DNA of 59,405 nt, counting the filler, from Jimgerdemannia flammicorona (lineage: Eukaryota): assembly GCA_003990765.1 (NCBI GenBank). It is 2 parts of 2 records of this genome, joined end to end, with 100 filler letters (N's around TTAATTAATTAA, not from the genome) between each part and the next. Parts side by side here need not be neighbours in the genome. Positions count along the whole stretch, not along the records: positions 29,763 to 59,405 come from RBNJ01000481.1; 1 more part is not named here. One strand, written 5' to 3'. Both the position numbers and the translations under genes were made by a program. How positions within the stretch are numbered: position 1 is the first letter of the stretch; every line of letters starts with the position of its first letter. A model generated the notes under the pieces. It saw only the letters and a list, made by a program, of their open reading frames with translations. It did no database searches and had not been told where the DNA came from. Shown piece by piece: positions 48,401 to 59,405 of this stretch.

Positions 48401-50684
48401 ACTACTCCTAGTCTTGATAATTCCAGCATGGTTCTCTAGCAGCTTGACTCCAATTCCAGTACCAAGTAGGGTAGTGGTCTGTGGTTCAAGAGTAGTATCT
48501 TAAATGTTGGCAAGATCCATTCCTATGACTTCTTCAGTCTTGTATTCTGGGATCTTGGCTTTGGGGTGAAACTTCTTAACCTTAAGGGTGATATCTTGTT
48601 CTTGTTCCTCCTCATCATCACTGTCAGCCTGAAGCTCAGGGGGCTGGTCATCTTCTTCAGCTTTCCTTTTTACTTTGGCAGCTTCTTGCTCATATTTCTG
48701 TTGGCAGATTTTCCTGACTTCACTGATACAGGACCAGCAGTCATTCAGGTGTTCAGAGTAGTACATCCTAGTACCATGAGGGCATCTTCCTTGAGGGGCA
48801 TAGCCATTGATGATCTTATTGTACCACTGCTCATCTGTGAGCTTGGGTGTCTTGTTCTTGTTCTTATTCTTATTCACCAAGTGCATGAAGACCTCTGTGT
48901 CCTCTTCATCTCCTTCCTTCATATTGGATAAGACTCCTTTGTAGACATTGATAGAGACTCATATCTTTCTTCCTCTATAGTTGATCTGCATCTTCTGGAC
49001 ATTGAGGTCAATGATGGCCTTGGTCTTGTAAAATCATTGATTGCTAATGAGGATGTCATAGTTGGTGGTACTTGTAACAATCATATCTACTGGGATGGTA
49101 GCTCCTCCTATCTTGATGGGGACTTCCCAGATTTTGCCAAGGGGGGTAGCTCATATACTATCTGCTATAACATAGACTATCTTGGTGGACTCTTTAATGT
49201 CCCAGCCTAGGCAGTCAATTGCCTTCTTGCTTATGAGGTATCTTCTGGTACTAATATCAATGATGGCATCAAAGATATAGTCTTCAATCTGACATGGGGT
49301 ATAGGCTGATATCTTGTGCTGGTCTTTAGATTCTTCACCTAAGTTTTTGGATTCTTTCTATACATTGTGAGCTTCTACAATCTTGTACTCTTGATTCTTA
49401 GTAATAGTTGCAAGTCCTACTCTCAACTGCTGTCTGAAGGCAGAGACTTCAGCTAGTTGTCCAAAAGTAGCATTGACCTTCTGTTCCTTGAGGTCCTTGT
49501 AGATATCATACTAGTAGATCTTGGTCTTGTGCAGCTTCTGTTCTTTCTTGCTTTCACTTTCTCCTGAGACTAGAGTAGTGTCTTCAATGATTTGGTGAGC
49601 AGCTTCATCTAACTCCATATCTTGATCAATCTCCTCAGGTTGAGTCTTGCTTTGAATAGTGACAACTGGGGTCTTCTTTGGTCTTCCAACTGGCTTGCTA
49701 TTGCTTTTCTTGTCATAGGACTTGGACTGGGTTCTGGTATCTTCAGTAGCAGGGTAGAATTCAAGCTTCTTGTAATATTCTTTATCATCAGTATCGCCAA
49801 TTTCCTCAATGACTACTGCATTAGTTTATTCTCTGGTTCTGCTAGCATTGCTTAGTTGGGCTTTGCATCTTGTTTCAGTCATACAATTCTTGCATAGTGG
49901 CCTTCTTCTCTACATCTGAAGCATGTGATATTGCATTCTTCTGTAGCAGCTGCAAATCTCTGCACTGATCTCCTGTTGGCACTTCAGACTTCTCTAACAA
50001 CATTACTAAGGTGTGCAGTTATCTCGACAAACTGCTTGGCAAGTTCTTCCACTGGTTCAGCTTTGGCTGCCTTAGGGATAGGTGGAGATGGTTATCGTTT
50101 ACAACTGTGGTAGATATGATACTAGTTGGCTTTGATGGCTCCATCTTGATACTAGTTATTTTCTCCATTAAATATTTGGCAGGGTGTCTGGTAGTCTAAT
50201 ATCTCTGTACAAAGACCACTTTCTGATCAAGTATCAATGTAGCTGGGGTAGACCAGATTGCTAGGGCAATTTCAGGGTGAACTCCTTTGAGAAAGGTTGA
50301 ATCTACTATTTGTTCCTTGAAGGTATCATCATAGTCAGCCAGGACAATCTGATAGCAGATTCAAGTATAGAATGAGTTGAGATCTTCACTAAGTCCCTGG
50401 CAGATAGTATTGAGTTGATTCTTGAGAGCTTGCTTGATCTCTTCAGTATAGTATGTTGTTCTGAGGAAGGCCTTCATGTTGGCAAGTTTGGCTGTACCAT
50501 TATTGGTGATAGTGGCTATATTGAACTTGTCTCTGGCAGATCCTCTAAGGCTGACTGGTAGAAGGGCCAATTGTGCATCCACACCAAGGGCTCATATGGT
50601 GGTGAATTGTTCAAAGTCTTTTATAAAGATCAGAATTGACTCTTCAGTAGTATATTTATAGAATGTGGGGAGATATATTTCCAT
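45466..50684 (-). pseudogene. Family-2 gag-pol polyprotein with many stops
   Basis: ATG 50684; Zn knuckle CFRCREEGHYAR (~49890-49925); protease AIIDIS (~49250-49270); RT RLCIDYKKLN...LDLFSGFHQI...MPFGMCNAP...YIDD; RNase H LQTDTSAIGLGAVL; integrase IAIDIIGPL...TDYGTEF...AYHPQGNGQTERTN; terminal GPF module. Confidence 0.93.
48176..48592 (-). pseudogene. dUTPase domain between protease and RT (family 2)
   Basis: LKVKKFHPKAKIP, GMDL, TRSSLAK, GGVIDSNYTSEI, RIGQMLI, RGEQDFGSTG. Confidence 0.93.
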
Positions 50685-50804
50685 CTTGTCTTGAATTCTT
50701 GCAGGAGTGACTCTTGTAGTCAGAGTAGTTGTTGTAGGGGTTGTTCATTTTTCAGCTTGAGAGTGAGGAATTTGTCTTGAATCACCAGTCAATGGGCACC
50801 AAGT

Positions 50805-52369
50805 TGTTACATAGTGGTCACTGAGTCCTTCAAATATGCCAGATTCTCTTCAAGGTATATCTTTTAGACTAACTCAAGTTTATTATAAGCAAGTTCTTAT
50901 TAGAGTACCTTCCTAAGGTCTTATAGTCCTCAAACTTCTTATCTTTAACTATCTTGTTATCTCTTAGATTGCTTGCAAGGGATTGTGTGCAAGTGAACTA
51001 GAACTGACTTTATTTCAGAGAAAATAAGAAGAGTATTTATATAAAATATAATTCAATAGTTGCTAAGATATAAAGCTAAATATAAATTCCAATAACTAAA
51101 ATAAAATACCAGAACAGGAAAAACTGCTAAGTTCCAGAGTTGGTACTAATGGTTATATAGGTTCAGGATGCTAGTATAATTTAGTATTACATCAGAATAC
51201 TAGTACTAGCATTATTCAGTGTTACATCAAAATGCTGATACTGGCATTATTCAGTATAACCAAGGAACTTAGAGCAGAATGTTCAAGACTATATGGGCTT
51301 TATCATCAGAGGTCAGAATGTCTTCAAAGGAGATGAGGTCTATGAATGTCTCATCTGTCTCATTGTTATCATCATATAGGTTGTGCATTTTGCATACTTC
51401 ATGTACTTCATCACACATCTCATATATGTCATACAGAATGATATCATTGCCAATAATGTCATTATATTCAGCAGCAGAGAAATCAGGGGGCTCTCCAATC
51501 TATGGGGTTCTCTTCCACAAAATAAGAGACAAATATAGAGTCTTGAGGGGGTCTAACCTGGATGCTTGGGCCTTAGAATACTGAGATCAATCTTTACAGG
51601 AATTGGTCTGGGTTGTCCTGAAGAATGGGATACCAGAAGTCTTCTACTTTATCACTATTGAGGGTGATAGTGGACTGGGCTTCTGTAGCCACTCTTGCTT
51701 CTAGTGTATTGATATAGTGGGATGACAGGTCTCTGAAATCTGAGACTCTAATATACTCCAAGTTGGAGATTGACCATAGTGTATGCCTGAAGATCTGATG
51801 GATCTTCTTAGCTGTCCTTGTTTCGCATATATCTATGGGAGTGGCATTTTGTAGCTCTTGAGTGCTGGCCTGTAGAAACTCCCAGCAGAGGAGGTTTCCT
51901 ATTTCATATTTCTGCCATATTTGGAGGCATTCAGTAGTAATGGTGATCCTGGTTTCCATTTCACAGTAGTAGAGGATATAGTGATAAGAGTCACCAGTAC
52001 CCAGATTGATACTAGGAGTCCTTCTTGAGTGAGTCCTCATGGCTCTTCTGATGTCTTGGAATATCCTTTTTTCAACCAAAGTACCTTAGTGATTCCTTGA
52101 CCTTGAGGTTTGGTGGGCAGCAGGCATTTCATTTACAGTGAGTCTTTGAGCTATTTTGAGATTGATGGGTCTTATTGGTTGCTATTACTGCAGTTCCTTG
52201 ATCCTTCTTTTATATTTCTCAAGATGCTTGTACTATAGTCACAATAACTCACAGTTGGTTATCATTACTTATCTCATATACCATATAATCTTCTTATGCT
52301 CTAATCTGATGGCTTGTAAGGAAAGACTGTCTTCTATACTGATGTCATCATTCTGGGGCCATCATTACA
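50805..52369 (-). repeat. Family-2 5' LTR (1565 bp), containing the second copy of the U3 ORF (52265-51269, with a 1-bp frameshift near 51488)
   Basis: Ends TGTTAC...TTACA on the plus strand; 161-aa open segment 52079-51594; TATAAATA at 51041-51034. Confidence 0.94.
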
Positions 52370-52679
52370 CTATATAGAAGGAATAAATATATAAACATTA
52401 AGATATAGGAATTTAAATAGATTTTTGATCATAGTATCTGAATTCTTACAAATAGCAGTTATTTTACAGATATAGAATCTTCATAATTATAGAGATTTTA
52501 TAGATGTAAAGGATCTATATTTATAGAAAATAACTTACAGAAAACATAGTCATAACTTAGCTATCTTATAGCTAGTAAACTTGTATAAATATCTCACTAC
52601 CTTTCACCAGTAACATTCAGGTGACACAAAACTCAGACAACACTTTTTACAACGTTTTTGGTGTCCAACAACTATCAAC

Positions 52680-54596
52680 ATGGATGGCAATGATTGATCT
52701 GGTGAGCGTACTGGCCAGGGGGGTGACGGCGCCTTTGGCTGGCAGCAGGTGGGGAAGAGGGGAGATGGTTTGGGGATACCAGGGGCCTCGATGGCTAGCC
52801 GGGGCCCCAGCAGTGGAGGGAGGGGAGGTCTGAGGCAGAGAAGAGGGGAGCGGTCGACCTTTGCTGACAAGGTCAGGATGGGGAAGATGGCTTCTGGGCT
52901 GGATAGTTGGCTGGGACTGGGGAAGGCATCGATGGCTACTGCCGGGGGTCAGAGAGATACACCCCAGGGTACTGCTGGTGGTAGGGAAGGGGCCGGAGTA
53001 GGGGCTGGAGATGTGACTGCTGATGGGGCTGTGACTGGGGATCTGGCAAAAAATCCAGATGTGATGGCGGTCAGCAATTTGGGACTTGGAGGGGGCACAA
53101 GGCCCGGGGACCTGGCAGATGGGGTGACGGGCATGGTGTTGGCCCTGTTACTCAAGAAGTCGAGGTCTGAATTCGCAGTCACGATGTGCTTTCGGGGCTT
53201 GGCAGTGACAGCGAGAATGATTTTGGGGCTGGTGGTGCAGGAGGCTAAGGGAGCGGCGTCGGTAAAGTTCTTGAGGGGAAAGGAAGGGGTTGAGGTGGGG
53301 TTTGAGGAGGAGGACGCCTTGTTGGCGGCTATAGAGAAGGGGGTGATAGTTGGTGGGGTTGTGGTCCCTATGGCCCGGTGTATGTGCTGGGACCCCCAGG
53401 TGGTACAGTTGACCATGTTGGACCTCCCTATAGTGTCGAAGGAAAGGACCAGGGAGTTGGTTGTGGAGGCGATCAAGGAGTATGGCAAGATTGTGGATGT
53501 TGGGTTCAAGGTCTGGGAGGGCACAGAGCTTAGGACTGGAGACATCGATGTCAGGGTGCGACTGGCTGGAAAGGAGAATATGGGGAAGTCAAGGGACTGG
53601 CCAGCAGCACTGAGGTGGGGATAGGTGGAGTGTAAGGTCACTAGGGTGAAGGGGACTCAGGAGGAGGAGGAGGATCTGTTGGAGGCTCTGGAGGATCTGG
53701 AAGGGGCAGTTGCGAGGAGGAGATTAGCCTGGAAGGAGTTTGAGATCAGGACAGTAGTGGGGGAGGTGGATGGGAAGAGGGTTCAGATGGAGAAGGGGGC
53801 CTGGGAGAAGTTGCAGGGGAGGAAGATTCAGAAGGAGTTGTTAGCGAAGTTGGGTGGGGGTGGGGCTATTGGAAGCTCTGGGGCGAGGGCTGCAGGGTTG
53901 CAGGAGAGCACCTGGGCTGAAGGGGGAGAGATGGCCCAGGGCGGGGCGCAGATTGGAGTCAGAGAGGGGTGGGAGGACAACTTAGAGGTGGATGCTGAAA
54001 TGGGAGAAGGTGGGCACCCTCAGTATAGTGTTCCAAATGGGGCAGGAGGTGAGGAGGAGCTGATGGATGTGCCAGATGAGGAGTGGGATGAATCAGTGAG
54101 GAGGAGCGCACTGGTGGACCCCGAGGTGGATGGGGGACAGATTGCTCAAGGGGTGGCGGAGGCAGTAGATGAGGAGAAGTGGATGTGGAAGACCCTGGAA
54201 GGGGTAGCGGCTGAGGAGCTGGGGGGTGAGGACTTCAGGGTGATGGAGGAGAGGCATTGGAAGGAGATTCTATGTGGGGAAGAGGTGCCAAGGAAGATGA
54301 GGAATGAGATCCTGGCTGTCCTTCTGGAGTCGGTCGAGTATCAGGTTGATGATCAGCGAGAGGAGGAGCTTAGAAGGATTGTGAGTGACCGGGCACTTGT
54401 CTTGTGGAACTCGAGGAAGGGACTAGAGAAGTGGCAAGCAGTCTGCTTAGATTACAGGGTGGATATGGAGGAGGTGGACAGGGTGGAGTATCAGGAAATC
54501 TTGGGGGCACTGGATGCTCGGGATATTGCAGAGGGTGAATTGGAAGCTGAGCAGCTCTTGGACTTGGCGAGGGATGAGATGAGCATGGAATTATAG
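52680..54596 (+). pseudogene. LINE-D ORF1 (~638 codons, two in-frame stops)
   Basis: ATG 52680, TGA 52695 and TAG 53622 are in one frame. RRM-like region (QLTMLDLP...IKEYGKIVDV...TGDIDVRV) followed by an acidic tail. Confidence 0.8.
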
Positions 54597-54627
54597 GTTG
54601 AGGTCTCTTTTACAATTTCTATTCAAT

Positions 54628-57600
54628 ATGAACAGTACAACAAGGATATTCTCATTGAACGTTAATGGGTTACGGGGGGCGGCTAGGAGGAAGTACATCT
54701 TTGGTTGGCTTCGGGGTCTGGATGCGGACCTCTTCTTGTTACAGGATGTTCGGTATAATGCAGATGTGGATTTACAGGATTGGACTAAGGAATGGGGGGG
54801 TGCAGCAGTTTGGAGGGAGAAAGTGGGTATTCTTGTTTGGAAAGGGATGGGGGACATTGGGGACATTGGACATTGGGGGTCATGGGTGGTGTGGGGAGTA
54901 TGGAAGAGGCCTGGATGGGGCTTGCTGATGGTTGGGTCTTGTTACTGCCCGGCTGAGAGAGGGGAGAGAGTGGATTGGATTCGCAGGTTGAAAGAGGCTG
55001 GTTTATTGGGAGAAGTTGGGTTAGACTGTATGGGAGGGGACTTCAACATGGTATGGGATAAGGAGTTGGACAGGACTGATGGAGAGAGAGGTATGCGAGG
55101 TGAAAGTGGTGGGTTGGTGGACTGGTTGGAGATGGAAAGGTTGTGTTCTTTAGTGGACTCAGGGAGATATTTTTGGGCTGATCGGTGGGTGTATACCCAT
55201 TGGGCAGCAGGACTGGGCTCTAGGATTGACTGGGTTCTAACGGCAGAGTATTGGGGAGCAGATGTCTGGATGGTGCTGGGAGTCATATGGTGTCTATGGT
55301 CTGATCACTGGGGGTTGCTTGGAGGGGGGAGGTTTGGGGGAAATGAGGATGGGCCTGGACATTGGCGGCTAAATTCTTCCTTGTTGAAGGATAGGACATT
55401 GTGGGAGGGTTGGAAAGCAGAGGTGGTTGGCATTATCGGCAGGTGGCGGGATCAAGGACTGGCGATTGGGGACCACTGGAGAAGGTTGAAGATAAAGACT
55501 CAGGGGTATTGGAGGGAAGCGGGGAAAGGGAAGTGTGCTCAGCAAAGGCAGTGGGTGATGTGGGCCTCGCGGCGTTTGGCGGTGCTCATGGAGAGATGGG
55601 CAGGTGTGCCGGAGGATAGGGCCGAGACTGATTGGCGTATTGCAAGGATCTGGCAGGAGGTAGAGGAGCTCAAAGGGGTGCTTCGGAGGGAGGAAGAGGA
55701 GCAGTTGCAGGGGATGGTGGCCCGCTTGTGCTGGCAGGGGCTAGAGGAAGGGGAGAGACCTACTAGGTTCTTGTCACGGTTGTTACAAGCATGACAAACG
55801 AGGCAGTAGTGGGAGGGAGTTTTGGATGAGAATGGTGAGCTGGTGGTGGGGACTCCAGCAATTTTGGGCCTTTTGCATTCCCAGTGGGAGAACCTTTGGA
55901 GTGAGGATGAAGGGGGACTGGATGCTCAGGACATTGACAGGCAGCTGGGGGATTGGCACCCGGACCCTGCCATGGGACTTGGGGCATTGGGGGACCTGGT
56001 GAGTGGTGAGGAGATTTGCAAGATGGTGGCCTTTACGAGTAAAGGGACAGCCCTGGGAGAAGATGGACTCCCCTGGGATTTTTGGCAGAAGATGACAGGG
56101 GTGCGTGAGATATTAGAGGAAATGATGGCTATGTGCAATGAAGTTCTTCGGTCTGGTGCCTGGATTGGGGGTCAGCGCTTGGGGCTGGTCTCCTTGCTAT
56201 ATAAGAACAAGGGCAGGAGGGAGGATTGGAAGAACTGGCGGCCGATCATACTTCTGGACATGGACCGCAAACTGGTGACGAAAATCTTGGTGTTGCAGTT
56301 GCAAGGGATTGCACAGCAAGTGCTTGGTTTGGAGCAGCATGGGTTTGTCGGTGGTCAGTTGATTCGTGATGGAATGGCCTGGGTTCATGGAGTGATTGAG
56401 GGGGCCCGGGCTACAGGGGTGGATGGCAGATTGGTGTTTCTGGACCAGGAGAAGGCTTATGATAGAGTGTGGAGAATATGGCTAGAAGGAGTGCTGAAGC
56501 GGATTGGTATCCCCCTGGGGTTCCGAGGTTCATTGATCAGACTCTTGGAGGACAGTCAGGCGGCATTGGTCATCAATGGCCACTGGGGGGTGACCTTCCC
56601 CCTGGGCTGTGGGGTGCCACAAGGGGACCCCTTGTCACCCATATTGTATGCTCTTTCCCTAGAGCCACTACTGGACAGGATTCGGCATAAGATTGGAGGT
56701 TTGGACATTTTGGGGGTAAACTGGAAGGTGGGGGCCTTTGCTGATGACATGGTGGTCAGACTGGGTTCCTTGGAAGATGTTGGGGAGTTGTAGAGGACAG
56801 TGGAATGGTATGAGCGGGGTTCTGGTGCTAAACTAAACTGGCATAAATGTGAGACGCTGGTGCTGGGTGCTGGAATTGTAGGAGGTGATGTTATTGGGAT
56901 GGTGGTTCTAGCTGGTGAACCAGTGTGCTACTTGGGGATCTACTTCTCGGTGTTCAGATCTCTTCTTCCCTGGGCATGGTGGGACCGTAAACTGCTAGAG
57001 TGGGGCGATGTCTTGATATGGTGGAGAGGTCGGCATATGTCCCTTGCCGGAAGGGTGATGGTGTTAAATGTGTACTGGATGCCAAAGCTGTGGTATGTTG
57101 GATATCATTTGGATTTCCCACCATGGGTGGTTAAGGGGTTGTTGAAGATGGCAAGGTCGTGGATTTGGGGAGGGCAGTGGAGCCAGGTTGGCTGGGAGGT
57201 GCTCACACTGCCCTTGGAAAGAGGTGGACTGGGCTTAGTGGACTTTACTAAGTGGCTTTTGTGTCTGAGAGCCTGGTGGCTAAGGAGGGCGAGTGAGCTT
57301 AGAGGTCGGGAGTGGGTGTCACTCATGCAGAGGTTGTGGGAGGTTCGATACTCCCCACGTGGTGGCTCCGGTGACCTGCTTGCAATGGTGGCCATGGATG
57401 GGAGCCGGAGGATGCGGTTTACAGGCTTTTGGTCGAGAGCAGTGGATGGAGCTAGGAAAATCGGCCTTCGGTGGTGAGGTGATGAGGCCGAGGAGGTTTG
57501 GGGACCGCAGATATGGAGATGGGACAGACTTCTTTTAGGTGGTGTTCTGGTGGAGGACTTTCAGCTTGGCGAGGGTCTTGAGTGTCTGCGAGGCCTAGGT

Positions 57601-58165
57601 GGAGACCTGTGGCCTGAAGCCTGGCAGAGGGTTGGAATCAGGAAAGAGTGGGATTGGAATGGGCTCTGGCTTTGGAGCAAAAGGGTGAGGCAGTGGCTGC
57701 CCCCCAAGTTCTGGTTGGCATGGTAGTGGATCCTTCGGCGGAACATGATGCTGAACTATCGATCAGGTCACTTGGTGGATGGTGGGGTATTCAAGTGCAA
57801 GGATTGCTTCGATGTTGGTCAGGAGGGAGGAGTGGTACAAACGCCTGAACATTGGCTTGGCAAGTGCGAGATTTTGGGGGAGTTCTGGAGACGTATAATG
57901 GACAGGTTAGGGTTGGGGGCTGGGGGAGGGGAGGGAGGGGGGAGATGGGGAGAGCTTTGCCTGCGGTTGGTGGGTGGGGTCGGGGATGAATGGCTGACCC
58001 TTGGTTGGGCCTTGGCCATGTGGGTTGGGTTGGCGGGGCATTGGGTGCATGTATTTGAGGATGGGTGTCGGGTCGGGGTTAGTGAAAAGGTGATACGGTG
58101 GGAATGGTTGCTGTTGGACATTTTAAATAGCTGGTGGCGGGGTTGGGGTTTGGGTGGGGGGCACC
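54628..58165 (+). pseudogene. LINE-D ORF2: apurinic-type endonuclease, reverse transcriptase and C-terminal Zn motif; several nonsense mutations
   Basis: SLNVNGLR, LLQD, GGDFN, SRIDWVL, SDH; NWRPIILL, FLDQEKAYDRV, GVPQGDPLSP, AFADD, YLGI, ERGGLG; CKDC...TPEHWLGKC. Confidence 0.95.
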
Positions 58166-59405
58166 TGTAAGAGGGTTACTTTTTAGGGTAACCATTACGT
58201 AGTTCTGGAAGGGTTTTCTGGAAGTTCTGGATATTCTGGAAGACTGTTTTCTTATGGTCAAGATCAATTTCGTATGGAGTACGTCCTCTACGCTTATTGA
58301 TTTCAAGATTGTGTTGACGTCTCAACCAAAGTCCTTTTCTGGACTAGTTCTGGATGTTCAGGATTTTCCATATTTCAGGAAGTTCAAGAAACTAAGACCA
58401 GCTTAGTTGAATTGGCATATCACTGCAGACAACACCCAATTAGGAAATTTCGTGATAGGGTTAGGAGTAGGACCTAACAGGGAGCGGATTTACTTAAGAG
58501 TGGTTTGTGGGTTATGAAATAGGTTTATTTGCTATTCATGATATTACTATACTAGGAGTATTTGTATGAAGGAGTATTGTGGGGAAGTGCTCAGGAGTTG
58601 TGTTCGGATTGTTCAAGTCTGTTCGAGTCTGAGATTCTGAGGTCTGGGAGAGGGGGTATTTATACTAGTGAGGGGCTATCTGGACTATACTGAATATGGA
58701 TGTAGCACTAAGTGCCTTGCTGAGTCGGAATACAGTTACGTAGTACAAGTGTGATCTGACATGTCAAGAGATCATCTGACTGCTGAGTCAGTTCACAGTC
58801 ATGTCATACAAGGCTAATCTAACTATACTATGACTGCTAGACTATTTATAGGTTTAGGCACTATCTGGGTAGTCCTCGATGACATCACCATCAATTGCAT
58901 CATCTCTGATGAAGTAGTTGTCTAGGAAGAGTGGTTCGCGGATTACTTCTCCTTGTTGGCTGAGGTAGTAATACATTGGAACTTCATCTCGTCCCACAGG
59001 ATAGCATCATCTGTTTCGTATGCTGGATAAGGTGTTGGTGGGCGAAGGATGGGTGTACTGTCTTCGCTTTCATCAGATTCGCTATCTGCATACCTTCTAT
59101 AGGTTACAGCACTATGAGTTGCAGGGTTGTAGTAAGCTGGCGGCTGTGGTTCAAGTCGCTCATACTCAGGTGGTGGTGTTGTTGGTTCAATCTCGAGGGT
59201 TGTCTGGAGGTACAGGTTGTGTTCTCCGGTCTCTTCATTGTAGTTGAAGTAGTCGGGGGTGAACGCGGGTTAGTATTCGTGCCAGTGGTCATTGTCCCAA
59301 TAAGTCTCGTATGTGGTTATGAACTGTTGTAAGTTCATCGGCAAGGTTGGTGGAGTGATCAGGGTTGGCAGAGATCCTTGGCTAGAGGTCATGTCGGCGT
59401 CAGAG
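58166..59405 (-). mobile_element. Family-1 LTR, copy 4, truncated by the window end; contains the C-terminal part of the U3 ORF (stop 58854-58856)
   Basis: Starts TGTAAGAGGG, collinear with 16142-17370; retains more CpG than the other copies. Confidence 0.96.

Larger units (their letters stand above)
43537..52369 (-). mobile_element. Full-length Ty3/gypsy element, family 2 (no chromodomain), inactivated
   Basis: LTRs 43537-45100 and 50805-52369; PBS TGGTGCCCATT (50801-50791); PPT AGAAGGAAGA (45110-45101); probable 4-bp TSD TTAT/CTAT; order Gag-PR-dUTPase-RT-RH-IN. Confidence 0.94.
52601..58165 (+). mobile_element. LINE-D: 5'-complete L1-clade (APE-RT-CCHC) LINE, the least mutated copy; interrupted at its 3' end by a family-1 LTR
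   Basis: Two ORFs with a 31-nt spacer; 5' end CTTTCACCAGTAACATTCAG is shared with LINE-C. Confidence 0.95.

Noticed and set aside
52949..53641. 230-aa Ser/Pro/Thr-rich antisense ORF in LINE-D (similar ones at 31600-32163 and 34563-35018)
   Set aside because: Expected by-product of the C-rich antisense strand; no recognisable domain.

Overview
Eukaryotic, intron-rich fungal DNA. I infer an early-diverging (Mucoromycota-like) fungus from gene style alone. The first ~10.4 kb is gene space: the last exon of a coilin-like gene, the ~27-exon RNA polymerase III largest subunit gene (RPC1, minus strand) and a stand-alone ABC ATPase (FetA/STAR1-like). The remaining ~49 kb is a nested retroelement cluster with pervasive C->T/G->A decay. 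It contains: a complete Ty3/gypsy chromovirus (family 1; 16142-26725, 2031-bp LTRs, TSD CCTAC); two more family-1 copies; a complete non-chromodomain Ty3/gypsy element (family 2; 43537-52369, ~1565-bp LTRs); four L1-clade LINE copies; and a host pseudogene split by a 14.9-kb nested insertion. Main finding: both gypsy families carry a homologous ~330-410 aa ORF of unknown function inside the U3 part of their LTRs, upstream of the LTR TATA box, and a third, diverged relative lies at 10.4-10.9 kb. Each family has a candidate internal TATA promoter just upstream of its 3' LTR. Each also carries a dUTPase, at different positions. This accessory-gene layout resembles complex retroviruses, in a genome showing RIP-like repeat hypermutation. 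All alignments were done by eye; no database searches were possible.
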